A stretch of DNA of 64,000 nucleotides from a virus (lineage: Duplodnaviria; Caudoviricetes). Numbering within the stretch: position 1 is the stretch's first letter; the number at the start of each line of letters is the position of its first letter. The stretch spans positions 96,001 to 160,000 of the IMG/VR virus record IMGVR_UViG_3300012952_003952; one strand, written 5' to 3'. The notes under the pieces are model-generated. The model had not been told where the DNA came from, did not search any database, and was given only the letters and a program-made list of their open reading frames with translations. Positions 10,835 to 21,850 of this stretch are shown here, one piece after another. Made by a program: the position numbers and the translations under genes.

Positions 10835-11359
10835 ATGTCTAACGCTATTTCAAATAAAATTTTAGAGATTATTAAAAGTTCAGAGAAAGAAGTAGATCAA
10901 TGCGATTCTGATTTTTCTAAACTTTCAGATTCGTCTACACAAATTTCTGGCTTATGTAATTCTATAACTCAATTTTTAAAAAATTCTGTAGATGGAATAG
11001 TTCAAATAGAAGATGATCAAGAAAAGTTAGTTGTTCTTTTAAATGCTGTAAATCAACTGAATGATTTTGCTAGCAGATACCCTAGAGAAATGGAAAACAG
11101 CTTTATTTCGTTAAGAATTAAAAAAGAAGCGCACATAACAAATCTACAAAAACTAAAAATTCTTCATTCTGAGACACTGGCGTTAGAGAAAGAGCAAGAT
11201 AAGATAATGGAAGAGCTAGAATTAGGAAATTCCACTGCTAAAAAGTCTACTAAAGGTCGTCGAAAACCAGGAGAGAGACCGGTCAGTATAAAAAATAAGA
11301 GGAATTCCTTGCAAGATGTAAAAGATATTGATGGAGAAAGTAGTCTCGAAGATATTTAA
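10835..11359 (+). CDS. Hypothetical helical/coiled-coil protein (174 aa)
   Basis: GGAG SD; charged, heptad-like sequence; no family recognised. Confidence 0.6.
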   Translation: MSNAISNKILEIIKSSEKEVDQCDSDFSKLSDSSTQISGLCNSITQFLKNSVDGIVQIEDDQEKLVVLLNAVNQLNDFASRYPREMENSFISLRIKKEAHITNLQKLKILHSETLALEKEQDKIMEELELGNSTAKKSTKGRRKPGERPVSIKNKRNSLQDVKDIDGESSLEDI

Positions 11360-11376
11360 TCCAATAAGGGACCAAA

Positions 11377-12345
11377 ATGGCCGGAATATTAGACAACAAA
11401 AGCAGGGTGATGGATGTAATCATTACTCCCCTGGGAAGATCGCAGATGGCTTCTGGAAAGATGCGTATAGAATACGCTTCTTTTGCAGATAAATCTATAG
11501 TTTACACATCTAGTTCTTCTGGCGCTTTAGAAAATTTAGCGAATAGAGTTTATTTTGAAGCTGCTAGCAGCGAATACGACCAGATAATATACGAAATAGA
11601 TTCTGATGGAGACCTAGCACCATTCAGATCTGGAGAATATCAAATAAACTCCCAAGACGTTACGTATGTGAGCTCGTCTTCCGGTACTGCAATGCAGTTT
11701 ACCGGCAGCATAGATTTAATTGCGGAAGAGGTGTGTGCAAATGCTTTAAAACATTTTCAATCTCAGCAGATAATAGGAACTAGAGATTTATTTCGTGAAG
11801 ACCATGGATCTCTATTTAGCATTAGCCATACCACAGCATCTTTTAGAGCTACAAACACCTTTCCTCTTAATGTTTATGAAGAAATAACTGACGTCTATGT
11901 AGATGATATTCCAACGGTATTCCAGTCTTCTACATTTGGGCACCTTCCAAACTTTCAATATCTTCCTCCAATAACTAAACCATGGCAAGATCATCCAACT
12001 GGAAGCGAGCTTGGAAACTATAGTAGAATAAATAAACCTGCAGCAACTGAATGGTCTACTATGGAAAGTTATTTGTCAAAATTTGACAAACAAAGAGTAG
12101 AATTCACCGAAACATCTCAAGAAAACAATTTAATATGCCAGCTTTTTGAAGAGAGGTTTGTTAACACGACTGCTGAATCAAATTGCACTTTAGAAAAATT
12201 AGCTATTATAGATTATGGAACCTTTTCAATAGACACCGATAGTAATGCGCACATATTTTTTGCTGGAAAGATATTCAGAGACTCTGCAGGCTGTTTGTGT
12301 TTTGCGAATCTTTTAACTTTAGTTTTTAACGACGAGGAAGAATAA
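11377..12345 (+). CDS. Putative baseplate-region structural protein (322 aa); N-terminus similar to 23798..24508
   Basis: MAGILDNKSRVMDVIITPLGRSQMASG resembles MGFLDHSTNNIIVDAVLTDIGRKKLAEG; stop overlaps the next start (TAATG). Confidence 0.5.
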   Translation: MAGILDNKSRVMDVIITPLGRSQMASGKMRIEYASFADKSIVYTSSSSGALENLANRVYFEAASSEYDQIIYEIDSDGDLAPFRSGEYQINSQDVTYVSSSSGTAMQFTGSIDLIAEEVCANALKHFQSQQIIGTRDLFREDHGSLFSISHTTASFRATNTFPLNVYEEITDVYVDDIPTVFQSSTFGHLPNFQYLPPITKPWQDHPTGSELGNYSRINKPAATEWSTMESYLSKFDKQRVEFTETSQENNLICQLFEERFVNTTAESNCTLEKLAIIDYGTFSIDTDSNAHIFFAGKIFRDSAGCLCFANLLTLVFNDEEE

Positions 12346-15300
12346 TGGGCGGTGGATTAGACGATCATCTTCTTGAAGAAGATCTCCGCGAATCTGGAGG
12401 GTCTTGTGTTATAGAGGGAACTTTAATCCAAACTATACGTGGATCGATTCCAGTAGAGTGGATTGAGATTGGAGACTTAGTTTATTCTTACGATTTTGAA
12501 AAGTCTGATTTCGGTTTTTTCAAAGTTTTAGGGTTAAATGTTCCAGTAGAGAAAAAAGTGTGGTCTACAGTAACTACTGAATTAGGTTACAAATTAAACT
12601 GTACTTTCGATCACCCTATCTTTAGCGACTCTATAGAAAGTGGAGAACTTCCAGTTAAAGATGCTGATATTGGATCTCCAGTATATGTTTTCGAAGATGG
12701 AAATCTGATAAAAGATTCTATAGCTTCTATAGAGGTTAAAAAATCTAAAGTTACAGTTTATAACTTTGAAGTTGACTGTGTCCACACGTATATTTCTGAT
12801 AATGTTTTATCTCATAACGCTTCTGCAAAAGGTGGTGGTTCTTCATTCTCAGCTTCTGGAGCTGCTGCAGGAGGTCCTTCCGGAGCTTCATACGGTATGT
12901 CCGGCGGATCTAGTGGCGCTTCTGCAGATTTAGCTGGAGTAGTTTTCATGGGAGATCTTGATCTTACTCCCGCTGAAGTGATCGGCCCCGCTTCACACGC
13001 TTTTGGAATGGGCGGAGGGGTGGTTTATATAGAAGATCCTGGTGACGCTTCATCAGTAGAATACGAGGGCGGTGGGTCATCACCGGACCCTGTAGAAGCT
13101 ATAATTACTGATTATGATCCGCGGCTCACATTTGATCCTAAGTATTTAACACATTATAACCAGACTCCTGTCGTCACCAATGTGGAGGTAATCCTTGTGG
13201 GCGAAGAAATAGCAGAGTCTAAGAACCATCAAATTACTATAGAGTGTACAGCATACATAGATGAACCTCGATGTTTTGGATTTGGAATAAGCCATATAGC
13301 GGCGCAATTGACGATTGGGGGTAGCGCTAGTCCAATTAGCTATTTTAAATCTACTAAAGCTTCTGCTGCATCAGCTATAATGTCTATTTCTTCTCCTACG
13401 CCTGGACCTAAAAAGCCAACTTATATGGAGATGCCAGAAACAGATACAGCAGTACACGTAGTTGGCCAAGACTATTGGAGCACAGTCAATTTTCCGGATT
13501 ATGGTTCATATGTATCCCACACAGACTACCCTCCAGACGAAGCATATCCAACTGCCGAATGGACGGAGGCAGATCATGGCAGCTCTGAATATAGTTACAG
13601 CACTTTCAATTTTTCCCGTTTTACTACTAGAGAAGGAATGGGCGCTTCATATTTAGCGTTTAGAAATATTGACCCCGCTCTTGTAAATGAATTATCTTCT
13701 CCAATAACAAATTGGTCAGCAATCACCGAAGGCACCATAACATCTCAGTTTAATGATAGCGTTTGGATGAATTTTTCTGAAGACACCCTTGCTTCAATTG
13801 ACGGCTGGTCTGCTCAAAATAAACAATCTCAGTCTTTACTTTACGAATATCAACGTGTAATGTCTGAATTCGACGCTGGCTCAGTGCCAGTAACTATTAA
13901 AAGATCTGCTCGACAAAGATTTACCCCAGTTAAATTTTATTTTTCAGCGATGATTAATGAACAACAATTGTATGATATTACTCATGAACAAGACATACGT
14001 TTAAAAATGCATATGATAAGTAAAGGCGAAAGCAAAGATTATGCTACTGATGATTACATGTTGACTTCATGCAACACGAGTTTGCAAGTCAACATTTGGA
14101 AAGCTGTAAAAGAGTGGAAAGCTGGAAAATTTTTTCCTGCTGAAATAAGCGTAAGTGGCGCTTCACAGTTTTCCAATAGTGATATTATCAATGTGATAAA
14201 CCCAAACTCTTTCTTTACAACTTATGTTTTACAAGAAAGTTATTACAATAGTGAATTATCAAAGTTTGAAAATAAAATTCATGGAGGCATTCTTGACCCT
14301 TATGCAGAGGTAGACATCACGTCTACTAACTCTTATAATCCAGGAGATTTAAGATTCTATAGAGTTACCTCTAGCACTACTCTTCACGAGCAAATAAAAA
14401 AAGTAAATGTCGCAGGTTTTAGTGAGCTCATAAGCGTGCCCGAGTATTTTTCAAGCATCATTATAAATATTGACGAAGCGGGCAATGCAGTTATTAATAA
14501 CATCCCTGAAAATTGTCTCTATATAGAATGGTATGCTTATAGGAAAGGGTGCCTTACACCAGCTTCGCCGCTATTTCCGGAAGGCGCAGCAGAGTATCAA
14601 GGTGTAATTGAAGGTAACCCAGAATTGTTAGAAGGAGAACCTCCCTCTGCCTTTGTAACTTCAGGTGGAACTGCAAAAAAATGGGAGGGTTCTCTCATGG
14701 AAGCCGAGCAAGACGGGTCTTGTTATTTGATTCAAATGATATTTAAAGATTTAATGGGGTCTGTTCTAGGTTGGTACGACGCAACATTTGAATCTAAATT
14801 AAATTTACCAGATCTCGGAGTAGAAACTATTGCTTTCACGGTACAAGAAGAATCAAGAAGTGAAGAGTTCGTAACATTTAAGATTTATGAAAGCAAATCT
14901 GGAAACCTTTCCACTGAAGCTATAGACACTATAATGGATTCATCTGCTTTGTCTGATTGGCAAAGTGAAGTAGACGAAATAAAGACACAAACAGGTACAG
15001 TTACTCAATATAAGGTAGTAAAAATCGACCCTGGGACAGGCTCAAGAACGACAATGCCCGACACATACTTTGCAGGCAGCACAGTTACTTGCGAGCTAAA
15101 TATGGCTACTGGCGAAAAAACACTTTTTGAGTTTAATTTAATGTACGCAAGCTTAGCCGAAAGTTCAAACAACACCGCAATAGAAACAGAGGCTGGTACC
15201 GGAACCGCTGCTACTGCAGATTATAGAGCAGGAGTGAGGTACCAATATAGTTACCTAGCCCAAGAAGTCAACTGGCCTCTCTTAAATTCAGACCACGCAT

Positions 15301-15773
15301 CTCCCGGGCAAACATTCGGTCTAAATGATTACTTTGCAAGGCTTATTTCTACGAAAAAAGTGACCAAAACCGTCACACACACTCCGTATATAGTAGAACC
15401 CTTTATAAGCTCGATATCAGCGGTAAGAAGTGAAATTGGACGATGCAACATTGTAACAGTTTTGGTTGGCGGAACTCAAGAAATGGTAAATCACTATGTT
15501 TTATACGCCCAATACGGTAAGGTAAAAACGCCAATTCAAATTCTACTTCCAGACGACGATGAAGAAATAGTGTTCGTAGATACTCAAAATTTCGATTTCT
15601 ATGGTACAGTAGTATATTCAGTTAAAATTATTTCTGCTAACATGGGAGTCATAACAGATATTACTTGGCCAAGCGCATCTGTAACTAGAAACAATTCAAT
15701 AAGCTTAATAAGTCCAGTTGACGGCCAATGGGGCGACAAGAGTATTTTAATAGACGGAGAATCAGCAGGTTAA
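12345..15773 (+). CDS. Large protein with N-terminal Hint (bacterial intein-like) auto-processing domain (1142 aa)
   Basis: 20-aa leader, Hint domain aa 21-158, Gly/Ser/Ala linker, then ~900 aa of unknown function; translationally coupled to the upstream gene. Confidence 0.75.
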   Translation: MGGGLDDHLLEEDLRESGGSCVIEGTLIQTIRGSIPVEWIEIGDLVYSYDFEKSDFGFFKVLGLNVPVEKKVWSTVTTELGYKLNCTFDHPIFSDSIESGELPVKDADIGSPVYVFEDGNLIKDSIASIEVKKSKVTVYNFEVDCVHTYISDNVLSHNASAKGGGSSFSASGAAAGGPSGASYGMSGGSSGASADLAGVVFMGDLDLTPAEVIGPASHAFGMGGGVVYIEDPGDASSVEYEGGGSSPDPVEAIITDYDPRLTFDPKYLTHYNQTPVVTNVEVILVGEEIAESKNHQITIECTAYIDEPRCFGFGISHIAAQLTIGGSASPISYFKSTKASAASAIMSISSPTPGPKKPTYMEMPETDTAVHVVGQDYWSTVNFPDYGSYVSHTDYPPDEAYPTAEWTEADHGSSEYSYSTFNFSRFTTREGMGASYLAFRNIDPALVNELSSPITNWSAITEGTITSQFNDSVWMNFSEDTLASIDGWSAQNKQSQSLLYEYQRVMSEFDAGSVPVTIKRSARQRFTPVKFYFSAMINEQQLYDITHEQDIRLKMHMISKGESKDYATDDYMLTSCNTSLQVNIWKAVKEWKAGKFFPAEISVSGASQFSNSDIINVINPNSFFTTYVLQESYYNSELSKFENKIHGGILDPYAEVDITSTNSYNPGDLRFYRVTSSTTLHEQIKKVNVAGFSELISVPEYFSSIIINIDEAGNAVINNIPENCLYIEWYAYRKGCLTPASPLFPEGAAEYQGVIEGNPELLEGEPPSAFVTSGGTAKKWEGSLMEAEQDGSCYLIQMIFKDLMGSVLGWYDATFESKLNLPDLGVETIAFTVQEESRSEEFVTFKIYESKSGNLSTEAIDTIMDSSALSDWQSEVDEIKTQTGTVTQYKVVKIDPGTGSRTTMPDTYFAGSTVTCELNMATGEKTLFEFNLMYASLAESSNNTAIETEAGTGTAATADYRAGVRYQYSYLAQEVNWPLLNSDHASPGQTFGLNDYFARLISTKKVTKTVTHTPYIVEPFISSISAVRSEIGRCNIVTVLVGGTQEMVNHYVLYAQYGKVKTPIQILLPDDDEEIVFVDTQNFDFYGTVVYSVKIISANMGVITDITWPSASVTRNNSISLISPVDGQWGDKSILIDGESAG
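12405..12818 (+). other. Hint / mini-intein-like domain (138 aa, no endonuclease)
   Basis: Block A GGS|CVIEGTLI, block B CTFDHP (TxxH), block F VYNFEVDCVHTY, block G VLSHN followed by Ala (+1 is not Cys/Ser/Thr). Confidence 0.85.
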
Positions 15774-15778
15774 AAAAA

Positions 15779-18700
15779 ATGGCAACTTCAACAGACGCAA
15801 CTACTAATTTTAATTTATATACGACAGAAACTTTAGGTGCTTCTGCAGAAGCTGGATCTATGGTTTCTCTTGAAGCTGCTTCTGCTGTATCAAGCACAGC
15901 TCTATCTTCACCTCAAATTGGTACAACAACAACAAAAATAGAGTATGATAATTCTAATAGAATGCTTTCTGAAGTACTTTTAAACCCTTTACGACCAGAA
16001 TTGCTAGCTATCATGGATTTAAGAACTCTCGTCAATGAAGATTTTACCTGGGAAGGTGATAACTACCTTCAGGGGTATACTAAATTTTACGATTACATGG
16101 TTTCTAGATCTTCGGTAAGAACATCAGACGCAGCCACTGTTTCTAGCCTCGTAACGGGGATGCAAAACAATTATTCAGAAGAATTTTCTGAAGCCTATGA
16201 GCAATATGAAACTTCTGTAGCTGCAGCAGTTTCTGAGCTAGAGCTTTTAAAACTTACTTATATGCTGAAAAATTATATGATTTTAGGCACAAATTTTAGA
16301 GATTTTTTAGAAGTGTATGATTGGCAAGGTGTCGTCGAGGCCGAATTACCGATGGAAGAGATCGAAGGCTATTATTTAGGTTCTTCTCCAACTGTTTGGC
16401 TCCCATATGTTCTTGGAGCTAATGCTAGCGGGACTCCGCCATCTTCGGGTTTGTTGCTAGCATCCACGATCCAACAATTAGCTTTCATTCATGCCTTTGG
16501 TTCTCCAGCTACAATTTTTAGTTTAGCGTTGCAGGGTTCTTACTCCGTTCCTGACTTTGACACTGACAATGTTGGTGCTTATAAATTTTTGTCTGAAATA
16601 GGTTCAGATGATCCAAGTATGCACATAAGAAAGTATAATATTGCTCAAAAAGGGCACCAGTCCGATATCGCCTTCGGCAATACTGCTGATGGTAATTTTT
16701 CATTTTTAAACGCTGATAGAGTTACTCGCATAGTCAATGGACAGAGTGATAATAATTCCAGATATGTTTCAGATCACCACCCTTATTACCAAGTGTTTTC
16801 TTCAATAATATCCAGCAATCTAAACCCCAGCTATGTTTTAAAACATTGCAATCTCTCAGCAGGAGCTTACGATACGGTTTTATGGGACATACTTCAGCGT
16901 AGAGCGGGCGCCACAAGCACAACTGCAATTTTGCCAGCTGATAAATCTTTATTTCTTGAATTAGCTGGTTGGGATCCATTTCTTCAAAGCGCGAAAGATG
17001 GTTCTTTTCTCTATGAAGACTGCATGTTACAGACGCAGTTTTTTCCAGATTTAACCATGTTTAAAGACGGGATTATGGCAGACGCTTTTGACGAAGAGCA
17101 AAGCTATGTCGATAAGCATGACGTGGAATATACCGGAAACACCGGAAACACTGTAAGCATTTCTGGTATTAAAAAGACAGTAAACGAAGCTTTCGGATCT
17201 GAATCTGGATTATTGAACTTTTCAGATTACACCGCGGTGGCTGAAAATCTAGAATCTTCATCTAAAGAGCTTGGAACAGCATTAGCAAGACTCCATAGGA
17301 CCGGAAATCATTCTAACTTTAACCCGACCGAAGCTAGTCACCACTCTAATGTGGCTCCTGACGGAGTGTTTCAAAATTATCCACAGGGAGCTTTTGATGC
17401 AGGCTCTATTTTAGTCGCGACTTGCAAAACTTTTAGAGAGAGATTTGCAAGCAGTTTTGAAAAATATTATCTTTGGTATGGATTCCAGCAATCTGATAAC
17501 ACTATTACGAACCCAAGATCTTATAGCGCTATTGATGAAGCAACGACGCATGCGCAGTTCTCGCAACCAGCAGCATCTCATATTAAAAAATTCGCTTCTT
17601 TGATGGCTTACGGAATGATAAATTCTGACAACACACAAGACACTGACGGCAGAGCAAGAGGATTAAACTTTGCTAAGAGAGTCGTCGGAGCATTTGTCAA
17701 AGATTACCACAGCGGTCATCTTACTTTCGTTGACGAACAAGAAGAAGTGGTAGACTTCGAAGCTGATGATACAGGTCAGTTCGTTGAAACTTCTTATTGG
17801 GTTCATAAAAATAAGTCTCCACTTTCTGGGACCCCAGTAAGTTTGAGAGGGGTAAAAACTAATCTTTGGAGCCTTTTAGCCACACCAAAAGGCGTACGCA
17901 CAACTGAAAAAGAGAGTGGTGCAGCATATTACGAAGTTTCAGACCTTTCAACGAACACTCCAAACCATGTAGTAACTACTGATATTTTAGATCTATATGG
18001 CGGACCTCTAGCATTCTATGCGGACAATAAAAACGACTCCTTTAGCTCACAGCCGATGGCTGGATGGCTACAGTGGGCTCCAGTGTATACGCCTGGTGAA
18101 TCTATGACTAATTCACCTAAGTTTTTTACTAAGAGTATTCTCAACACAAAAAGCGCAACAGTCCAAAACACCCGGGCCATGGAAGAAGTGGGAGAAGTTC
18201 CAGATGAACCTTTACATAAAGTATTAAATGCTCTTCAAAACACTGCAGCTATATTAGCGCAAGCCGGAACAGGCGCGCATACGATGAATTTCGGTTTAAG
18301 TCCAGAGGGCACCTGGGCAGAAGCATGTAACATGTGGAAATACTCTTGGCACTACGCAGACAATTCTATTAGAACAGGCTCTCCAGATGATTCTCAAGGC
18401 ATGGTTCCTCTCTTAGCTAATTTGTGGGCAGCAGAAATGATAGAGATGGTCATGCTTACGATGAGATATATTTTAGAAAAACGGGGCCACAAAATCTCGC
18501 CTGCGACTGCTAGTGACCTCTGTTTTCCTTTATATGCTTTTAACGCCCCTTATCACGACGACAAAGGGTGGTGCGATTATTTTGAAGATCAATTAGAACA
18601 GACAGGCTGCGTAGACAACGAGTTTCCATTCCACCAATGCTATTTAGACCGAGCAGCATCTGACACTGATAATCCAACCGGGATAGATTTCTCTAGGTGG

Positions 18701-21700
18701 GTCCCGACTATGAATGCTATCCAAAAGAATTTCTGCCGAGATGATGGAACTTTAATGTCTGGTATGAAACTTGAAAAATTAATGGGACACATTATTGACC
18801 AGATGGCAATATTGATGAAGACCCACTATCCATTTTTTCATATTGCGTACGTTCAACAGTGGACTACCGGTCACGGCAGATATTGGCCACTTTTAGGTAA
18901 TTATAGCGACATGCAAGAGGCCGATACTCTCAGAGCTCGCGTCGCTCATGACTCTACATCTGGTGACGAAAAGCCAGAATACACCCACCGCGGTGAACCA
19001 ATGAGACCAAGGGTTTTATTCCCTTATTATTGCGATAAATACAACATCGCCGACTCTGCTGTGCCTGGGTCCAGCATCATGGCAGCTCTCAATCGTATAA
19101 TATATACCCATGAAAAACGAAATTCGATATGCTCATCCGATGGTGGAGAAGCTTACAACGCGGGAGATATAAAGTACAACGAACAAACCATGATGGCTTG
19201 GGTTGGTGGATTTTCTGCTACGTTTGGAGGTAACGACATGACGCAGATTGTAAGCGATGGAACCCTAGTTGCCGATGGCGACAGCGATTATGTGACAACA
19301 GACGCGCTGTACGGCTACGGCGACGGTTATGATTCATGGGACACGGAAGCAGACAAAGCGTGGATTACAGATTATCCAGACTCATGGATTTCCTATGCGG
19401 CAGACCTTGTTAACTACTGGGGTTCTGGAGGCTACCTCGAAGGCAGTGGCACCTTTCCTAATATGGATTATGTGCTCCGGTATCTTATGCAGGACAATCG
19501 CGGCCTCGACCCCGCTAGCGATCCGGAGACTCCCACCACATACTCGTATAATCCACGAGTGTCGTTGATATACTACTCGATGTGGGCTGCAGTGAGTGGA
19601 AACCCCGACTTGTTTGGATTCGGCGATGACGATGGAGGACGCGGAGCCGCAATCAGCAATGGATCGTATGATTACTCCATCAAGCCAGGCCAAAAGTCTC
19701 CGAACAACATCACTACGACTACTTGTCCGCACGACTTCTGGGCAACTTGGTTCGTGGGAGCTACGCCTCATATTATAGATTATATGACAGGATGCAGCTA
19801 TGAAAAGTATTTGGGTACAGAGTTTAATGGAATAACTCTCTCAATAAATCAGGGCGCTGGAAACCATTTGTGGGCTATGGATTTTGATGATGACAGTGTC
19901 GCTCATCGACACAGCCCTTTAGCAGAAGTCATGTGCAACTATTACAGTAGTGAAGATCTTAAGGATGAAATATGGTCAGCCGGAGAATGTTATGTGGTCA
20001 GTGACCACGGAAATCTTTTGGGATATTCGCCGGGAATAAACCGACCAGACAATGGTTTTATTGATATGGACTACTGGGCACTTGGCGCTCGGACAGGTCA
20101 AACTACCAATGTTTTTGGAAGAGATTCAGGTGGAACCGACACTCAGCCTAGATTCAATGCGTCATTTCAAGGTTTTTTATACGAAATCAATGGTGCAATG
20201 ATTCCTTTGCTTGAGGGAATGATTATGTCGGCTCAAGATCGATATTTTAAAGCTCCGGCGTTCAATATTCTTGAAGAATATGGAGAAAGAATTAAAAATT
20301 ATTCTGGGACAGCGATCGAAGCTTTTGCAGGAAAAGGTTCTTCTAGAAATTTAGAGCCAGTGATAGACTATGTTAGAGATCTTGCAAGCGCTAATGTAGC
20401 AGGACAAGATGTCCTTCAAAACCTAACAGAGCAGCAAATAGCTTTAAAATACTTATCTTTTTATAATCAAAAAGGCGATCCCAAAAATGGTTTGATCCCA
20501 ATGAAAGATACTATAGACGATAATTTACAAAAAGCTATTACACTGATGTTTGACCAAAACGCCCTTAGGGATAGAAAGGGCTTAAAGACATTAGTTTTTG
20601 GAATTCCTGCCGGAGGAGTTGAAGAGTTCGATGCATCTTCAACTACGCTGTCATTAGGCAGTACTGACCAATTTATGGCATACCACCATGGCAGAACGCA
20701 AGCCCAAATGATGATGGTGTTGTTACAGGGCTATAATTTTGAATTTCCTCAAGTAGTCCTCGAACCGATGTTAATCCCTATAGTGCCGAATCTTTTTTTA
20801 ATAAGAGAATCTTTTGATGACTTAGATTGGGATGCAATAGGCACCGACCTTTCTACGCTAAGAAATCACCTTAAATTTCTAAGAGTAGAAATAAGCGTCC
20901 AAGAAGGCCAGGACCAATCCGCGCAAGTAACTGTAAACGATCAAATAGAATTAGACACTATAGCAAACCTCTATGGTGATGGTCTTACTAACCAGATTCA
21001 ACATGCCGCATTTAAAATCATGGAAAGCTATCTATTAGAACAATATTATAAGATCACAACTGGAGTAGTTATAAATGAAGATACTTTTCCAAGCACGTCT
21101 GAAGATATTGGTCTCGGTATTAACGCTTACGCCGCTAATCTTTCGGAGGCGCTATCAGCAGAATTTGCTTCTTACAATTCCACAGTTTCTTCTGCAGTTT
21201 CTCAAGTGATGAATTCTTTAGTGTCTTCTACGCAGAACTATAGTAATATAGCATCTGATTTTACTACTTCTTTAGAAACTACCGAGTACTCTGATTTAGC
21301 TGATGAAATATTAGATTCTGTAACCAATGCAGGAAGCTCGAGGATCTATAGTGCCGAAAAAATGAAAGAGACAATAATAAAAGCTAAAAGATTTGACCGT
21401 ATAATTTATGTGCATTTCCATCCAGACGATTTTGCAGTTAGATGGAAAACACCCGCTGGTGACTGTATGGGAGCAAGCTACACAGAGGCCTCTGCAGGCT
21501 TAGATTACCGCGGCCATGAGGGAGTTTATGGTGGAAAAACTGCGTCTTCATCGGCCGATGTTATAGGTTACACTGCTTATGAAGATTTAGAAATCTTATC
21601 AGGTGGCACAGTGTCAGATTTAATAACAGATGATACAGCTTGGATTCTTACTGCAGATGGGGCAGAAACTATTGAAGAATCGGTATCAATTCGTGATGGA

Positions 21701-21850
21701 CTAACAGCCGATTCGATAAACTACAGCTATTGGGGTGGTGTCACATCCACAGGTATAAAATTTAGAGAGAGATCTGGAGAAGAAAGTATAAATTTCTTTA
21801 GAGCCACTGTATCACTATTAGATTTAAGCCTTAGAAGGGGAGATACGTAA
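15779..21850 (+). CDS. Very large uncharacterised protein (~2023 aa), probably structural
   Basis: Start moved from 15728 to ATG 15779, just after the upstream stop at 15773 with AGGT 8 nt upstream; no catalytic motif recognised; contains a GC-rich internal segment. Confidence 0.65.
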   Translation: MATSTDATTNFNLYTTETLGASAEAGSMVSLEAASAVSSTALSSPQIGTTTTKIEYDNSNRMLSEVLLNPLRPELLAIMDLRTLVNEDFTWEGDNYLQGYTKFYDYMVSRSSVRTSDAATVSSLVTGMQNNYSEEFSEAYEQYETSVAAAVSELELLKLTYMLKNYMILGTNFRDFLEVYDWQGVVEAELPMEEIEGYYLGSSPTVWLPYVLGANASGTPPSSGLLLASTIQQLAFIHAFGSPATIFSLALQGSYSVPDFDTDNVGAYKFLSEIGSDDPSMHIRKYNIAQKGHQSDIAFGNTADGNFSFLNADRVTRIVNGQSDNNSRYVSDHHPYYQVFSSIISSNLNPSYVLKHCNLSAGAYDTVLWDILQRRAGATSTTAILPADKSLFLELAGWDPFLQSAKDGSFLYEDCMLQTQFFPDLTMFKDGIMADAFDEEQSYVDKHDVEYTGNTGNTVSISGIKKTVNEAFGSESGLLNFSDYTAVAENLESSSKELGTALARLHRTGNHSNFNPTEASHHSNVAPDGVFQNYPQGAFDAGSILVATCKTFRERFASSFEKYYLWYGFQQSDNTITNPRSYSAIDEATTHAQFSQPAASHIKKFASLMAYGMINSDNTQDTDGRARGLNFAKRVVGAFVKDYHSGHLTFVDEQEEVVDFEADDTGQFVETSYWVHKNKSPLSGTPVSLRGVKTNLWSLLATPKGVRTTEKESGAAYYEVSDLSTNTPNHVVTTDILDLYGGPLAFYADNKNDSFSSQPMAGWLQWAPVYTPGESMTNSPKFFTKSILNTKSATVQNTRAMEEVGEVPDEPLHKVLNALQNTAAILAQAGTGAHTMNFGLSPEGTWAEACNMWKYSWHYADNSIRTGSPDDSQGMVPLLANLWAAEMIEMVMLTMRYILEKRGHKISPATASDLCFPLYAFNAPYHDDKGWCDYFEDQLEQTGCVDNEFPFHQCYLDRAASDTDNPTGIDFSRWVPTMNAIQKNFCRDDGTLMSGMKLEKLMGHIIDQMAILMKTHYPFFHIAYVQQWTTGHGRYWPLLGNYSDMQEADTLRARVAHDSTSGDEKPEYTHRGEPMRPRVLFPYYCDKYNIADSAVPGSSIMAALNRIIYTHEKRNSICSSDGGEAYNAGDIKYNEQTMMAWVGGFSATFGGNDMTQIVSDGTLVADGDSDYVTTDALYGYGDGYDSWDTEADKAWITDYPDSWISYAADLVNYWGSGGYLEGSGTFPNMDYVLRYLMQDNRGLDPASDPETPTTYSYNPRVSLIYYSMWAAVSGNPDLFGFGDDDGGRGAAISNGSYDYSIKPGQKSPNNITTTTCPHDFWATWFVGATPHIIDYMTGCSYEKYLGTEFNGITLSINQGAGNHLWAMDFDDDSVAHRHSPLAEVMCNYYSSEDLKDEIWSAGECYVVSDHGNLLGYSPGINRPDNGFIDMDYWALGARTGQTTNVFGRDSGGTDTQPRFNASFQGFLYEINGAMIPLLEGMIMSAQDRYFKAPAFNILEEYGERIKNYSGTAIEAFAGKGSSRNLEPVIDYVRDLASANVAGQDVLQNLTEQQIALKYLSFYNQKGDPKNGLIPMKDTIDDNLQKAITLMFDQNALRDRKGLKTLVFGIPAGGVEEFDASSTTLSLGSTDQFMAYHHGRTQAQMMMVLLQGYNFEFPQVVLEPMLIPIVPNLFLIRESFDDLDWDAIGTDLSTLRNHLKFLRVEISVQEGQDQSAQVTVNDQIELDTIANLYGDGLTNQIQHAAFKIMESYLLEQYYKITTGVVINEDTFPSTSEDIGLGINAYAANLSEALSAEFASYNSTVSSAVSQVMNSLVSSTQNYSNIASDFTTSLETTEYSDLADEILDSVTNAGSSRIYSAEKMKETIIKAKRFDRIIYVHFHPDDFAVRWKTPAGDCMGASYTEASAGLDYRGHEGVYGGKTASSSADVIGYTAYEDLEILSGGTVSDLITDDTAWILTADGAETIEESVSIRDGLTADSINYSYWGGVTSTGIKFRERSGEESINFFRATVSLLDLSLRRGDT

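Noticed and set aside
12405-12821. Canonical splicing intein
   Set aside because: The +1 residue is Ala, there is no endonuclease, and the host is not a conserved enzyme motif; treated as a BIL/Hint cleavage domain instead.
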